Below, in pieces: positions 23,878 to 33,808 of a stretch of 64,000 nucleotides of DNA. Within the stretch, counting starts at the first letter, position 1; every line of letters starts with the position of its first letter. The translations under genes were made by a program, and so were the position numbers. Below the pieces are notes generated by a model. The model searched no databases and was not told the origin of the DNA. It saw only the letters and a program-made list of their open reading frames with translations. The stretch comes from Waddliaceae bacterium (lineage in GTDB: Bacteria; Chlamydiota; Chlamydiia; Chlamydiales; SLFE01). The stretch is from positions 1,984,001 to 2,048,000 of the forward strand of contig CAVYRW010000004.1 in NCBI GenBank assembly GCA_963771045.1, read 5' to 3'.

Positions 23878-25194
23878 TTAGCTGCCGAAGTCATCGAGGA
23901 TGATATTTTCCCGCGGGACGCCATAGTCGTCAAGCAATTTCATCACCGAAGAGTTGTGAAGAGGCGGCCCGCAGACATAATACAGACACTCTTCAGGCTC
24001 TTCCATATCTTTAAGCTGCCCCTCTTTGAAAGCCAGGTAAAGGTAGTTGGTCTTCAAAGGGTCGTCTTTGGGCCACCCGCCTTCAATATCTTCTTTTGTC
24101 GGCTCGGACAAAACCAGCTTGTAGGTGAAATTCTCATGCTTTTTATCCAGCTCTTCATATTCTTCCTGATAAATATTTTCTTTCAGCGATCTGGCTCCGT
24201 ACCAAAAAGCGACGTTTCGCTTCGTCTTATCCGTATTGAATAGATGCAGGATATGGCTTCGGCCAAACGAAGATCCCGCCCCGCCGATTAAGAAGATCAG
24301 ATCCCTGTGATCTTCAATCATAAATGATTCGCCATAGGGCCCGGAAAGTCGGATTTTATCTCCGGGTTTTAACATAAACGTATAGGAAGAACAAATCCCC
24401 CAAGGAATATTTTCCGCAAGTTTTCCTTTGGTAAAAGGGGGAGACGCTATCCGGATGTTGAACTTAAGCTTTTTCTCCTCATCGGGATACGAAGCAAACG
24501 AATAAGCCCTGATCACTTCTTCACCGAGGCCGCTAAAGTCGATTTCGCGGTCGAACAGTCCGAATTTTTCCCAATCTTCGAAATATTCCGGGCTCATCGT
24601 CTCCTTCCAATCAGTAGTGTTCGTTTTGAAAGGAGGAACATGAAATTGCATGTATCCGCCCGACTGATAGGGAATCTTTTCCTCAACTTCGACCACAAGT
24701 TCCTTAATAAATGTCGCAACGTTTTCGTTGCTGATGACTTTCGCCTTCACTTCCTGAACGGAAAGGTACTTCTCTTCGATATGCAAGTGCATGTCGTGCT
24801 TTACCTTGCACTGGCAGGAAAGGCGCCACCCTTCTTTCAGCTCCCTTTTAGTAAATGTGTCGACATCGGTCTGCAGAGGTATTCCGGCCCCTTCGAGAAC
24901 CTGCACTTTGCACTGCTTGCAGGTGGCCTTTCCCCCGCAGGGGGAGGGAACAGGGATGCCATGAACAGAGAGGGCGTTCAAAAGAGTCGTGCCGGCGCGG
25001 TGATGGATCGTCAGGTCGGGATCGTCGTTAATCTTAAGCTCAATTTCTTCAGAGCTAACCAGCTTGGCCCGAGTGAATAAAATCATGGTCGCCAGGCCCA
25101 CTCCGACAAAAATAAAGGCCACAATCGCATAAATGATCAACTTGAAATCGACATCCAAAGGAAGCTGGGCAAGTATTTGAAAATCAATCATCAT
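23878..25194 (-). CDS. nqrF: Na+-translocating NADH:quinone reductase subunit F
   Basis: CGGKATCKQC 2Fe-2S motif, RLSCQ, RAYS, GGAG, YYVCGPP, DDFGS. Confidence 0.95.
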   Translation of the reverse strand: MMIDFQILAQLPLDVDFKLIIYAIVAFIFVGVGLATMILFTRAKLVSSEEIELKINDDPDLTIHHRAGTTLLNALSVHGIPVPSPCGGKATCKQCKVQVLEGAGIPLQTDVDTFTKRELKEGWRLSCQCKVKHDMHLHIEEKYLSVQEVKAKVISNENVATFIKELVVEVEEKIPYQSGGYMQFHVPPFKTNTTDWKETMSPEYFEDWEKFGLFDREIDFSGLGEEVIRAYSFASYPDEEKKLKFNIRIASPPFTKGKLAENIPWGICSSYTFMLKPGDKIRLSGPYGESFMIEDHRDLIFLIGGAGSSFGRSHILHLFNTDKTKRNVAFWYGARSLKENIYQEEYEELDKKHENFTYKLVLSEPTKEDIEGGWPKDDPLKTNYLYLAFKEGQLKDMEEPEECLYYVCGPPLHNSSVMKLLDDYGVPRENIILDDFGS

Positions 25195-25309
25195 GGCTGG
25201 CCTCTCATCACTAATATATCACCTTTAAGATATAGCTTGAAACGCTTTTCCTATCAAGATCCCGCCTCTTCTTTGCATTTAATTCTTAATCGACCTATCA
25301 TCCATCGAA

Positions 25310-27109
25310 ATGTCTCTTGAAAGTACAATTAATCGATTATCTGAGGCCCACAGCGTCAGGGCTTTCAAACAAATTCCGCGCTTCCGTGGAAAATCGCAAG
25401 AGGTGGTTCCAAAGATCGAATCGTGGTTAAACGATCACCGAAATGAATTCCAAATCGGCCATTTCGAGAAACTCAAAAAAATGAACTGCCGAGTGACCCT
25501 TCTCTGGAATCAAGACCTCGGCGCCGTAATCAATCGCATTTTCCTCAAGTGCCTCCTTCCTGATGAGGATTCTATAGCCAAAACCCTCTCGCCGTTTGTC
25601 AACCGATCAATGAAACGAGAAGACCTCGAAATTCTTATCAGAACCATCAAGGAAATTCCTGACTCTCACCCTACTTATCACTTCTGGCAAATCGTCAAAT
25701 TTTTCGATCCTTCGGAAAAAGTGAAAGTACCCCTTCTCTGCTCTTGCTTGACCCGAGAGGATATGCGCGGGATAGATATCAAAATTATTTTCTTTGCCGT
25801 CCACCGGTTAAACCTGGAAGTCCGTTCAAACGCGATAGCACTTACCTCGTCCCTTATGGCTGACGATCCAAAAATCACTAATGGATACGAAGTGACGCGT
25901 TTTTTAAAATTGACCTCTGAAATTCTTCAGGCAGAGGGAGATTCCTCCATAAAGTTTAACCTCCTCAAAATCGAATTGGATGAAAACAAAACCCTCAAAT
26001 CTCTCCGACAACTCCCCCTGCCGCAAAGAGCTGTCGTCATTGACGCGGCCCACCGCCTTTCAACCCCTTCCCATTATGATTGGTGGTCGGACGAAATGAT
26101 TAACACACTGATAAGCATACCGGCACAACATTTTTCGCGCGTACTGAAACTAACAATGCCGTTTAGCAAAGTAATTCATCAAAATTGTTCCTACTATGCC
26201 AACACCTTCGATAAAATCATTCTCATCTTATGTATCATGAGGGACTTCCAACTCAGAGAGCCTCTCTCGTTAAAAGCAGTAGAATCTGCTGCAAGTAAGT
26301 ATTTTTCATATAATAGTAGCAACCTTACTTCCTATTTAAAACTTATCGCATCATTTTCCATCGACGAGCAAGAAAAGATTTGCCCATTCATCGCTGAAAT
26401 CTCCGAAAATCTCGAACGTTTCGCTGTATATTTGGAGGTATTTCAAAGCATTGACAAAGAGAAAAGACTCTTAGCCCTTAAACTATTGAAAGATTACACG
26501 GACGGCAAAGATTCGCCAATTGTTAACTTTGCCAATGATCTAAAGAAACGATTGCTTTGGGGTGATTCCTCTTCACTTCCAGTCCTTCTTCTGTCTGCTT
26601 ATGAACGCGGCCCCTCTTTTCGCAAGAAGTACACAACCAAGTTATCCCCGGCGTCCAATAGATTAGAATCCCGCACTCCACTGCATGCTTTATGTCAAGC
26701 GATTTCCGAAATTCCCCCTGTCGATATCGACTCGTTAATCAAAGCCCTCAATGTTAATCCAAACGAATCCGCACCACATAGGATTAAAGAAGTTCGCCTA
26801 GACCTAATCCGTTATGATTTGGAACTTTTGCTAAAAGCCTATAACCATATTGGCCTGATTGAAAACGACAAGAACAGAATCACTATGATGGAGAGGGCAA
26901 AGTTTATTCCACAGCATCGGTGGGAGGATTATTTCAAGCTCTTTCGGGACGATAGGGTTTGGAGAAAAAACTTTTATTCGTTTAATTGGAAAATAATTTT
27001 TACTATCCATCCAGATCTTAAAGAAGACTGTTTGAAATTTCTCTCCCATAACCCTGAAATGAAAAAAGAATTTTTAACATATCTTGACACAAAAAAAGGA
27101 AGCGGTTAA
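25310..27109 (+). CDS. hypothetical helical protein
   Basis: 599-aa ORF; no family recognised. Confidence 0.6.
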   Translation: MSLESTINRLSEAHSVRAFKQIPRFRGKSQEVVPKIESWLNDHRNEFQIGHFEKLKKMNCRVTLLWNQDLGAVINRIFLKCLLPDEDSIAKTLSPFVNRSMKREDLEILIRTIKEIPDSHPTYHFWQIVKFFDPSEKVKVPLLCSCLTREDMRGIDIKIIFFAVHRLNLEVRSNAIALTSSLMADDPKITNGYEVTRFLKLTSEILQAEGDSSIKFNLLKIELDENKTLKSLRQLPLPQRAVVIDAAHRLSTPSHYDWWSDEMINTLISIPAQHFSRVLKLTMPFSKVIHQNCSYYANTFDKIILILCIMRDFQLREPLSLKAVESAASKYFSYNSSNLTSYLKLIASFSIDEQEKICPFIAEISENLERFAVYLEVFQSIDKEKRLLALKLLKDYTDGKDSPIVNFANDLKKRLLWGDSSSLPVLLLSAYERGPSFRKKYTTKLSPASNRLESRTPLHALCQAISEIPPVDIDSLIKALNVNPNESAPHRIKEVRLDLIRYDLELLLKAYNHIGLIENDKNRITMMERAKFIPQHRWEDYFKLFRDDRVWRKNFYSFNWKIIFTIHPDLKEDCLKFLSHNPEMKKEFLTYLDTKKGSG

Positions 27110-27131
27110 ATTAGTTGTCTAACTAATTTAA
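27084..27131 (+). promoter_or_regulatory. sigma-66/70-type promoter of htpG with an overlapping palindromic operator
   Basis: TTGACA(27084)-17 bp-TAAATT(27107); perfect IR TTAAATTAGTT-gtct-AACTAATTTAA at 27106-27131. Confidence 0.6.
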
Positions 27132-27143
27132 AGGTAATAAGAT

Positions 27144-28979
27144 ATGACTATAGGCAAACTCAAGATTCATAGCGAAAACATTCTTCCCATTATTAAAAAA
27201 TGGCTTTACTCCGATAGAGACATCTTCGCAAGAGAGCTCATTTCCAACGCAAATGACGCTATCCACAAATTAAAAATTTTACGCGATAAAGGAGAGGCGG
27301 AAGCCAAAGATGATGAGTTCCGCATCGATATCGATATCAAGAAAGATGAAAAGACCCTCGTCTTCAGCGACACCGGGATCGGTATGGACGAAGAAGAAGT
27401 GGAAAAATATATCGCCCAGATCGCTTTTTCCGGAGCCGAAGATTTTATCGAAAAATACCAGACGCAAAATGAACAGGATCAATTCATCGGCCACTTTGGA
27501 TTGGGATTTTATTCAGCCTACATGGTTGCAGACAAAGTGGAAATTCAAACGCTTTCCTACAAACCGGAAGCCAAACCCGTACGCTGGCTTTGCGACGGCT
27601 CGTCCGAATACACTCTGGAGGCAGGACAACGCGAAAAAAGAGGCACCCAAGTCATTCTCCATATCTCGCAGGATAATGAAGACTTTCTTGACGCCCATCA
27701 CTTGAAGCAAGTTTTGAAGCAGTACTGCGAGTTCCTCCCCCACCCTATCTATCTGAACGGAGAGCGCCTCAATGAAAAAGAGCCCCTCTGGATCAGATCC
27801 CCGTCGGAACTGACAGACAATGACTATCTCGAATTTTACCGCCACCTCTATCCGATGCAGGAAGATCCCCTTTTCTGGGTTCATCTCAATGTCGACTATC
27901 CGTTTCACTTAAAAGGCATCCTCTACTTTCCCAAACTGCAAAAAAATATCGACCTCAGCAAAAGTTCAATCAAGCTTTTTTGCAACCGCGTCTTCGTGTC
28001 GGATAACTGCAAAGATGTTATCCCTGAGTTTCTTATGCCGTTAAGAGGGGCGATCGATAGTCCCGACATTCCCCTGAATGTCTCCCGCAGCTATCTGCAA
28101 ATGGACCGCACCGTCAGGCAGCTCTCGGGCCACATCTCCAAAAAAGTCGCCGACAGCCTGATCCAGCTCTATCGAAACAGCCGGGATAAATTCTTAAGCT
28201 GCTGGAAAGATCTTGCCGTCGTCGTGAAAATCGGCGCAGTCGAAAATGAGAAATTCTACCAAAAGGTCAAAGAATGCCTCATCTGGAAAAAAGCCGATAA
28301 AGAGTGGACGATAATCGAAGATTATCTCGAGCTGAACAAAGAAAAAACCAATGACAAAATCCTTTATACAATAGACGCTTCGCAAAACACTCATCTAATC
28401 GACATCTACAAACAAAAAGGAATCGATGTTCTGATTGCCGACCATCCCGTCGACCCCTACCTCATCAATTTTCTCGAGCAGCATATTGCTCCCGCAGCCT
28501 TCAAGCGCCTGGACGCCGATATCGATGAAACCCTCATCGACAAGGACAGGGAAAAGACGGTTCTCGATTCAGAAGGAAAAACAGAAGCATCGCGCCTTGC
28601 GGACTTTATTCAATCCCAATTTAATGATGGAAGCATTGTCGTGCAGGCGAAAAGCCTGGCGGCCGATCAAATTCCCGCCATCATCACAATGGATGAAAGC
28701 CAGCGCCGCTTGAGGGATTATATGCGTGCTGTCGACCCTTCCCACCAGACGCATCTGATGGACAAGAAGACATTTGTGGTCAACACGAACAACCCCCTCA
28801 TAGCCTCCATTGAGAAGCTAAGCGGTAAAAATCCGGAGCTTGCCAGGGATCTTGTCCACCAGGTTTTCGATCTCGCCCTCCTCTCCCAAAAAGAGATGGA
28901 CGCCGAATCATTCAGCCTGTTTATTGAGAGGAGCAGCCGCATCCTGGAGAAGCTGACCGGCGAGGCCGCTGAAAAATAA
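27144..28979 (+). CDS. htpG: molecular chaperone HtpG (Hsp90)
   Basis: LYSDRDIFARELISNA, DTGIGM, IGHFGLGFYSA, DSPDIPLNVSRS. Confidence 0.97.
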   Translation: MTIGKLKIHSENILPIIKKWLYSDRDIFARELISNANDAIHKLKILRDKGEAEAKDDEFRIDIDIKKDEKTLVFSDTGIGMDEEEVEKYIAQIAFSGAEDFIEKYQTQNEQDQFIGHFGLGFYSAYMVADKVEIQTLSYKPEAKPVRWLCDGSSEYTLEAGQREKRGTQVILHISQDNEDFLDAHHLKQVLKQYCEFLPHPIYLNGERLNEKEPLWIRSPSELTDNDYLEFYRHLYPMQEDPLFWVHLNVDYPFHLKGILYFPKLQKNIDLSKSSIKLFCNRVFVSDNCKDVIPEFLMPLRGAIDSPDIPLNVSRSYLQMDRTVRQLSGHISKKVADSLIQLYRNSRDKFLSCWKDLAVVVKIGAVENEKFYQKVKECLIWKKADKEWTIIEDYLELNKEKTNDKILYTIDASQNTHLIDIYKQKGIDVLIADHPVDPYLINFLEQHIAPAAFKRLDADIDETLIDKDREKTVLDSEGKTEASRLADFIQSQFNDGSIVVQAKSLAADQIPAIITMDESQRRLRDYMRAVDPSHQTHLMDKKTFVVNTNNPLIASIEKLSGKNPELARDLVHQVFDLALLSQKEMDAESFSLFIERSSRILEKLTGEAAEK

Positions 28980-28998
28980 AGATTTTCATACAACTTCG

Positions 28999-29035
28999 CC
29001 AGTATGTCCTAAATTTAGGACATACTGGTTTTTTT
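28999..29035 (+). terminator. intrinsic terminator after htpG
   Basis: Perfect 30-bp palindrome CCAGTATGTCCTAAATTTAGGACATACTGG followed by a T-tract. Confidence 0.8.
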
Positions 29036-29042
29036 AAATCAA

Positions 29043-29435
29043 TCACAGAAGGTTAAGATCACCTATATCAACTGAGTGTCCGATGATTCCGACCACGGTG
29101 TGATTATCATCGTACAGCGGCGCCTTAACTGATAAAACAGTCTTTGTTTCGCCGCCTATTTTGGCTTTTTCGATAAAAACTATTTGTTTTTTACTGTTCA
29201 TCACCTTCTTATCATTTTCTCTAAACGCTTCGGTCCCTTCTTTCCAAGGCATATCGGAATCTTTCTTACCGATCAGGTTTGTCCTTGCATCTTGTTTTAG
29301 AGCATCATTTGCATAAAGAAAAACCCCTTCCTTGTCTTTAATATAGATAGACCCGGGAATGAGGCTAATCGACCCCTGAAAGTCCAAACCAGAAAACAAC
29401 TGGTTCAGTGCCAAACTTTTAGATTTACTAACCAT
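29043..29435 (-). CDS. stand-alone PAS-domain protein
   Basis: IYIKDKEGVFLYAN...IGKKD...KAPLYDD..VVGIIG (PAS_4-like); AGGAGG upstream of ATG 29435. Confidence 0.85.
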   Translation of the reverse strand: MVSKSKSLALNQLFSGLDFQGSISLIPGSIYIKDKEGVFLYANDALKQDARTNLIGKKDSDMPWKEGTEAFRENDKKVMNSKKQIVFIEKAKIGGETKTVLSVKAPLYDDNHTVVGIIGHSVDIGDLNLL

Positions 29436-29609
29436 AGAAGACCTCCTTGTCCTCATCTGCATCAAGTCACAAGGCCTTCTTGTTGTCAAACATTCTTAAC
29501 ACGCTAATAGTCAGATATATTCACTTTGAGACTTACAATTTGGTAAAAATTTACATATACTTAACATAAAAGAACTATATTGTTTTAAAATGTTAAGGAC
29601 CGACAAATT

Positions 29610-30818
29610 TTGATGAAAAAATATTTTTTAATTTCCATTTTTTCCTTGTTTCTCTCGATTTCCACTTCTTTTGCCCAAGAGCAGCCCCTTGCAGTTTATT
29701 TAACCTGGCAGCATCGTCCCGAATCAACGATGACCATTCAATGGATTTCCAAGGCAAGCAATCCGCTGGGCGACATTTTCTATCACGAATGTCCCTGTCA
29801 CCTATGGGACGTCGAACAGGCGTCCCATAAAAAACTTCCCGAAGGAAAAGACGATCTCCTTATCCATACCGCCGAGCTAAAGGACCTAAAACCGGACACC
29901 GAGTATTATTTCAGAGTCGAGGGTGACGAGACGGTCTATAAATTCCGCACCATGCCAAGCCGGATGACAAGGCCCGTTCGATTTATCGCCGGCGGGGATA
30001 TGTACCACGATTCTATCAAAGTTCTCGATAAAACAAACCGTGCCGCCGCAAGGTTCGATCCGATGTTCGCTTTAGTCGGGGGAGACATCGCCTACACTGC
30101 CGATAAATATGGAGAAAAGCCGGAAGATTTTAACCGCTGGCTGGCTTTCCTTCAATCCTGGCAACACAATATGATTACCTCCGACGGCAGAATGGTTCCC
30201 ATGCTTCCAGTGATCAGCAATGAGGACACAAAAGGAAGATATGATCAATCGCCGAGCCAAGCTCCTTTCTTCTATGCCCTGTTCGCCATGCCGGGAAAGC
30301 AGGGTTATAATGTGCTGGATTTCGACTCATATTTAAGCATCATCCTTCTCGATTCAGGCCATACACACCCCGTCTATGGCGACCAAGCGCGCTGGCTTGA
30401 TAAAATTCTAAAAGACCGGCAAAATATTTTGCACAAAATCGCCATCTACCATGTCCCTGCATTTCCAAGCGTTCGGACTCCGTATAAACCTGTCAGCATA
30501 TTAATTAGAAAATATTGGGTCCCTCTTTTTGAAAAGTACAACCTCAATGTCGCTTTTGAAAATCACGACCATGCCTACAAACGTTCAAAACTTATCCGAA
30601 ACGGAAAAGTCGATCCTACGGGGGTACTTTATTTGGGAGACGGGGGTTATGGCGTGGGCGACCCGAGAAAACCGGTGCAGCCCCGTGAAAGGTGGTATTT
30701 AGCCAAAACCGCCCAAAAAACCAACTTTGTTGTCGGCACGCTCTTTCCTTCGGGCAAGCGGCAATTTCAGGCAGTCGACCAAGACGGGAACATTTTTGAC
30801 GAATACAGAACAGATTAA
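29610..30818 (+). CDS. secreted purple-acid-phosphatase-like metallophosphoesterase (FN3 + MPE)
   Basis: Signal peptide; LKPDTEYYFRV; GD, GGDIAY, NED, ENHDHAY metal motifs. Confidence 0.85.
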   Translation: MMKKYFLISIFSLFLSISTSFAQEQPLAVYLTWQHRPESTMTIQWISKASNPLGDIFYHECPCHLWDVEQASHKKLPEGKDDLLIHTAELKDLKPDTEYYFRVEGDETVYKFRTMPSRMTRPVRFIAGGDMYHDSIKVLDKTNRAAARFDPMFALVGGDIAYTADKYGEKPEDFNRWLAFLQSWQHNMITSDGRMVPMLPVISNEDTKGRYDQSPSQAPFFYALFAMPGKQGYNVLDFDSYLSIILLDSGHTHPVYGDQARWLDKILKDRQNILHKIAIYHVPAFPSVRTPYKPVSILIRKYWVPLFEKYNLNVAFENHDHAYKRSKLIRNGKVDPTGVLYLGDGGYGVGDPRKPVQPRERWYLAKTAQKTNFVVGTLFPSGKRQFQAVDQDGNIFDEYRTD

Positions 30819-31186
30819 GTTTTTTTCGGAGCTTCTGGCTCTTTTTCCTCTTCTGTCATCACATCGGAAATCGCGGCTTTCAACACCTCGATTTTTGATC
30901 CGTCAATCATTTTCAGAATCACGGTATTCTCTTTGATCGTATCCACGAGACCGACAATACCGACTGCAGTGACTTTGTCCCCTTTTTTCAGACTTGACCT
31001 TTGCTCTTCCAGGGCTTTCCGTCTTTTTTGCTCAGGACGCCAAAGAATGAAATACATGAAAACAACGCCAACTAAGATAATGACCAGCCCCTGATAGCTG
31101 CTCCAATCGCTTGGCGGGGGCGCCTCGCCGTTTTCAGCGGCCAGCCCCTGAAGGGTAAGAAGAAATGGAATTAAATATTTAAACAT
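30815..31186 (-). CDS. yajC: preprotein translocase subunit YajC
   Basis: FMYFILWRPEQKRRK, LKKGDKVTAVGIVG. Confidence 0.92.
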   Translation of the reverse strand: MFKYLIPFLLTLQGLAAENGEAPPPSDWSSYQGLVIILVGVVFMYFILWRPEQKRRKALEEQRSSLKKGDKVTAVGIVGLVDTIKENTVILKMIDGSKIEVLKAAISDVMTEEEKEPEAPKKT

Positions 31187-31257
31187 GTGTTTTGTTCCTT
31201 TTAAATGGTTTTCTAAAATTTTAACTGAATTTCCTTTTTAAGGCAAAAAATCGGGAG

Positions 31258-32352
31258 TTAATCGGGATAGATTTGACAGATACGGTCGTAAAAGCTGTCG
31301 AAGGAACCATCCCGAATAGAGGCGCGGAGCTTGTTCATAAAATCGATGTAAAAGGCGACATTCTGAATAGTGACAAGCGTCAAGCCGGTGATCTCGTCGA
31401 CATTGATCAGATGTCTTAAATAGGCTTTGGAAAATTGCGAGGTATAACAGTCCAATTCCGGGTCAAGGGGAGAGAAATCATCTGAGTAGCGGCCGGCTTT
31501 GATATGGATCTTGCCTTTCCAGGTAAAGGCTGTTCCGTTGCGGGCATTGCGGGTAGGCATCACACAATCGAACATGTCAATGCCCCTTTTGACCGCCTGG
31601 ACGATATTGCGGGGAGTTCCGACGCCCATAAGGTATCTGGGCTTGCCTTTAGGAAGAAACGGCTCGGTTTCCTCAATCATCTCGTACATCATCTCGGCAG
31701 GTTCGCCGACGGAAAGCCCTCCGATCGCGTAGCCGTCGAAATTTAAAGCCAGAAGCTCTTTTGCCGACCGTTCGCGAAGGTGAGGATGCATGCCTCCCTG
31801 GACAATCCCAAAAAGACTCTGATGGCCTGAAAGGGGGTAATCTCGGCAAATTCTACCCCATTCGGTCGTCCTTTTAAGGGCCGCTTCGACCTCTTCGATG
31901 TCGCAGGGATAAGGGGCGCACTGATCAAAAGCCATGACAATATCGGACCCGAGAGTTTTTTGAATCCCCATGCTCTCGCTGGGGCCGATGAAATAAGATT
32001 TTCCGTCGATGTGGGATTGAAACTTGACGCCTTTATCCGTAATTTTATTGAGATTAGCCAATGAAAAAACCTGAAATCCGCCTGAATCGGTCAGAATGGG
32101 CCTTTGCCAATTCATAAACGCGTGAAGACCGCCTGCTTTTTCCAAAACGTCCATTCCGGGGCGCAGCAGCAAATGATACGTGTTGCCCAGTATGACGGCA
32201 ACGCCGATTTCATCCAGCTGGCGATTCGTGAGTGTTTTGACAACCCCCCTTGTGCCGACAGGCATAAAAACGGGAGTCTCGATATCCCCATGCAGGGTCT
32301 CGATAAGCCCCAGTCTGGCTTTTCCATGCTGCTTTAAAAGTTGGAACGGCAT
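31258..32352 (-). CDS. tgt: tRNA-guanine transglycosylase
   Basis: TPVFMPVGT, TDSGGFQVFSL, GGLSVGE, DMFDCVMPTRNARNG. Confidence 0.97.
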   Translation of the reverse strand: MPFQLLKQHGKARLGLIETLHGDIETPVFMPVGTRGVVKTLTNRQLDEIGVAVILGNTYHLLLRPGMDVLEKAGGLHAFMNWQRPILTDSGGFQVFSLANLNKITDKGVKFQSHIDGKSYFIGPSESMGIQKTLGSDIVMAFDQCAPYPCDIEEVEAALKRTTEWGRICRDYPLSGHQSLFGIVQGGMHPHLRERSAKELLALNFDGYAIGGLSVGEPAEMMYEMIEETEPFLPKGKPRYLMGVGTPRNIVQAVKRGIDMFDCVMPTRNARNGTAFTWKGKIHIKAGRYSDDFSPLDPELDCYTSQFSKAYLRHLINVDEITGLTLVTIQNVAFYIDFMNKLRASIRDGSFDSFYDRICQIYPD

Positions 32353-33728
32353 AACAAAACAATGTTTTCCATATGCAGGGTCTGGGGAAACTGATCCACA
32401 GGCTGAATGGCCTTCAAATGATAGCCCATTTTGATTAATTCATCAACACCCGCGGCCTGAGTGGCGGGGTTGCAGGAAACATATACAATTTTTTGAGCTT
32501 TGAGGGCACCGATTGCCTCCAGAGCCTTTTTATCCAAACCTGCCCGCGGAGGATCAACCATAACGATATCAGGGCTTGGCAATGTCCGGCCTGCCAGCAC
32601 TTTTCCGACATCCCCTTGAATGAACTCAATATTGGAGCATAGATTGTTTTTTGCGTTTTCGCGAGCATCAAGAAGCGCTTCCGGCGACAGCTCGATGCCG
32701 ACAACCTGTTTGGCCATTTTTGAGACAATGATCCCCAAAGTTCCTGTTCCGCAATAGAGGTCGTAAACAATATCGTTTAAAGAGACCGAGGCCATATCGA
32801 TAACTTGTTGATAAATTTTCTCCGCCTGACAGGTATTAGGCTGAAAAAATGCCCGCGGGCTGATCTGAAAAATCCACTGCCGATCTTTAGTCTCCAATCT
32901 TTCCTGAATAAACTCTTCTCCGCTAAGATGCACTTCATAAAACTGCGTCGGCTTTCCCTTATTGATTTGATGGATGACTAAAAATATGCTGGGGTCCTCA
33001 TTGGGTAGCGCCTCCTGCACAGCTTTGACAAAACCGTTTAAATGGGTATTTTCCAAGGCGTATTCGGGATTGCCGGAAACTGTCAATATTGCCATCTTTT
33101 GACCGCTTCGCAATCCTTCCCTTAAGGTAAGAGTTCTTAAAGAACCCTCATTTTTATGTGCGTGGTAAGCGTTAAGGCCGCTCTTCTTCCACCACGTTCG
33201 GACAAAGGTTAAAACTCTGGCAAACCACGGAGAAGGAAGATGACATTCGGTCAGATTAAATACCTTCCCCCGTCCGCTGTCCATCATCAGCCCCAAATAA
33301 TGGTTTCCCATAGAATCGGAAGAGAATGAAAACTCCATCTTATTGCGGTAATTCCAGGGAGGGTCACAAGGAACAATGGGGTGCAAAACCGATTCAGAAA
33401 GCCATGGCCCAAAGAGTTTTTCAATGATTGCCTGCTTTTTACAAAGCTGCATCGAGTAAGGAACATGCTGCCAGCGGCAGCCTCCGCAAAGGCCAAAATG
33501 GACGCATTTTGGAGGGATTCGATCAAATGAAGGTTGGATAATTTCGGAAAGGATGCCTTTCAACCTTCCCGAACGCTTTTGAATAATCTTCGCCAGCACC
33601 TTATCGCCGGGCATGGTAAAAGGAACTTCGACTACTGTCTCATATCCATCGTCTGACAAACCGTTCCCCTTATTGGAGAATCGGGTTATCACAGTTTCGA
33701 CAACTTTATTTTTATACTTTCTAGCCAT
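32334..33728 (-). CDS. rlmD: 23S rRNA (uracil-5-)-methyltransferase RlmD/TrmA family
   Basis: TRAM domain, CVHFGLCGGC Fe-S motif, FFQPN, DLYCGTG, DPPRAG, YVSCNP. Confidence 0.92.
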   Translation of the reverse strand: MARKYKNKVVETVITRFSNKGNGLSDDGYETVVEVPFTMPGDKVLAKIIQKRSGRLKGILSEIIQPSFDRIPPKCVHFGLCGGCRWQHVPYSMQLCKKQAIIEKLFGPWLSESVLHPIVPCDPPWNYRNKMEFSFSSDSMGNHYLGLMMDSGRGKVFNLTECHLPSPWFARVLTFVRTWWKKSGLNAYHAHKNEGSLRTLTLREGLRSGQKMAILTVSGNPEYALENTHLNGFVKAVQEALPNEDPSIFLVIHQINKGKPTQFYEVHLSGEEFIQERLETKDRQWIFQISPRAFFQPNTCQAEKIYQQVIDMASVSLNDIVYDLYCGTGTLGIIVSKMAKQVVGIELSPEALLDARENAKNNLCSNIEFIQGDVGKVLAGRTLPSPDIVMVDPPRAGLDKKALEAIGALKAQKIVYVSCNPATQAAGVDELIKMGYHLKAIQPVDQFPQTLHMENIVLLCRSNF

Positions 33729-33756
33729 AGGATATAAGCATATCCTATTGATAATT

Positions 33757-33781
33757 AAAAAGGGAGGTCTTGACCTCCCTT
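33757..33781 (-). terminator. intrinsic terminator after hctA
   Basis: AAGGGAGGTC-aa-GACCTCCCTT hairpin followed by T residues on the minus strand. Confidence 0.7.
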
Positions 33782-33808
33782 ATAATGACTGGTGAAAATG
33801 TGCCAAGA

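Noticed and set aside
23878..25194. Isolated nqrF as an anomaly
   Set aside because: A split nqr locus is normal in chlamydiae.
27100..27143. CIRCE element before htpG
   Set aside because: The palindrome does not match TTAGCACTC-N9-GAGTGCTAA; it is reported separately as a different motif.
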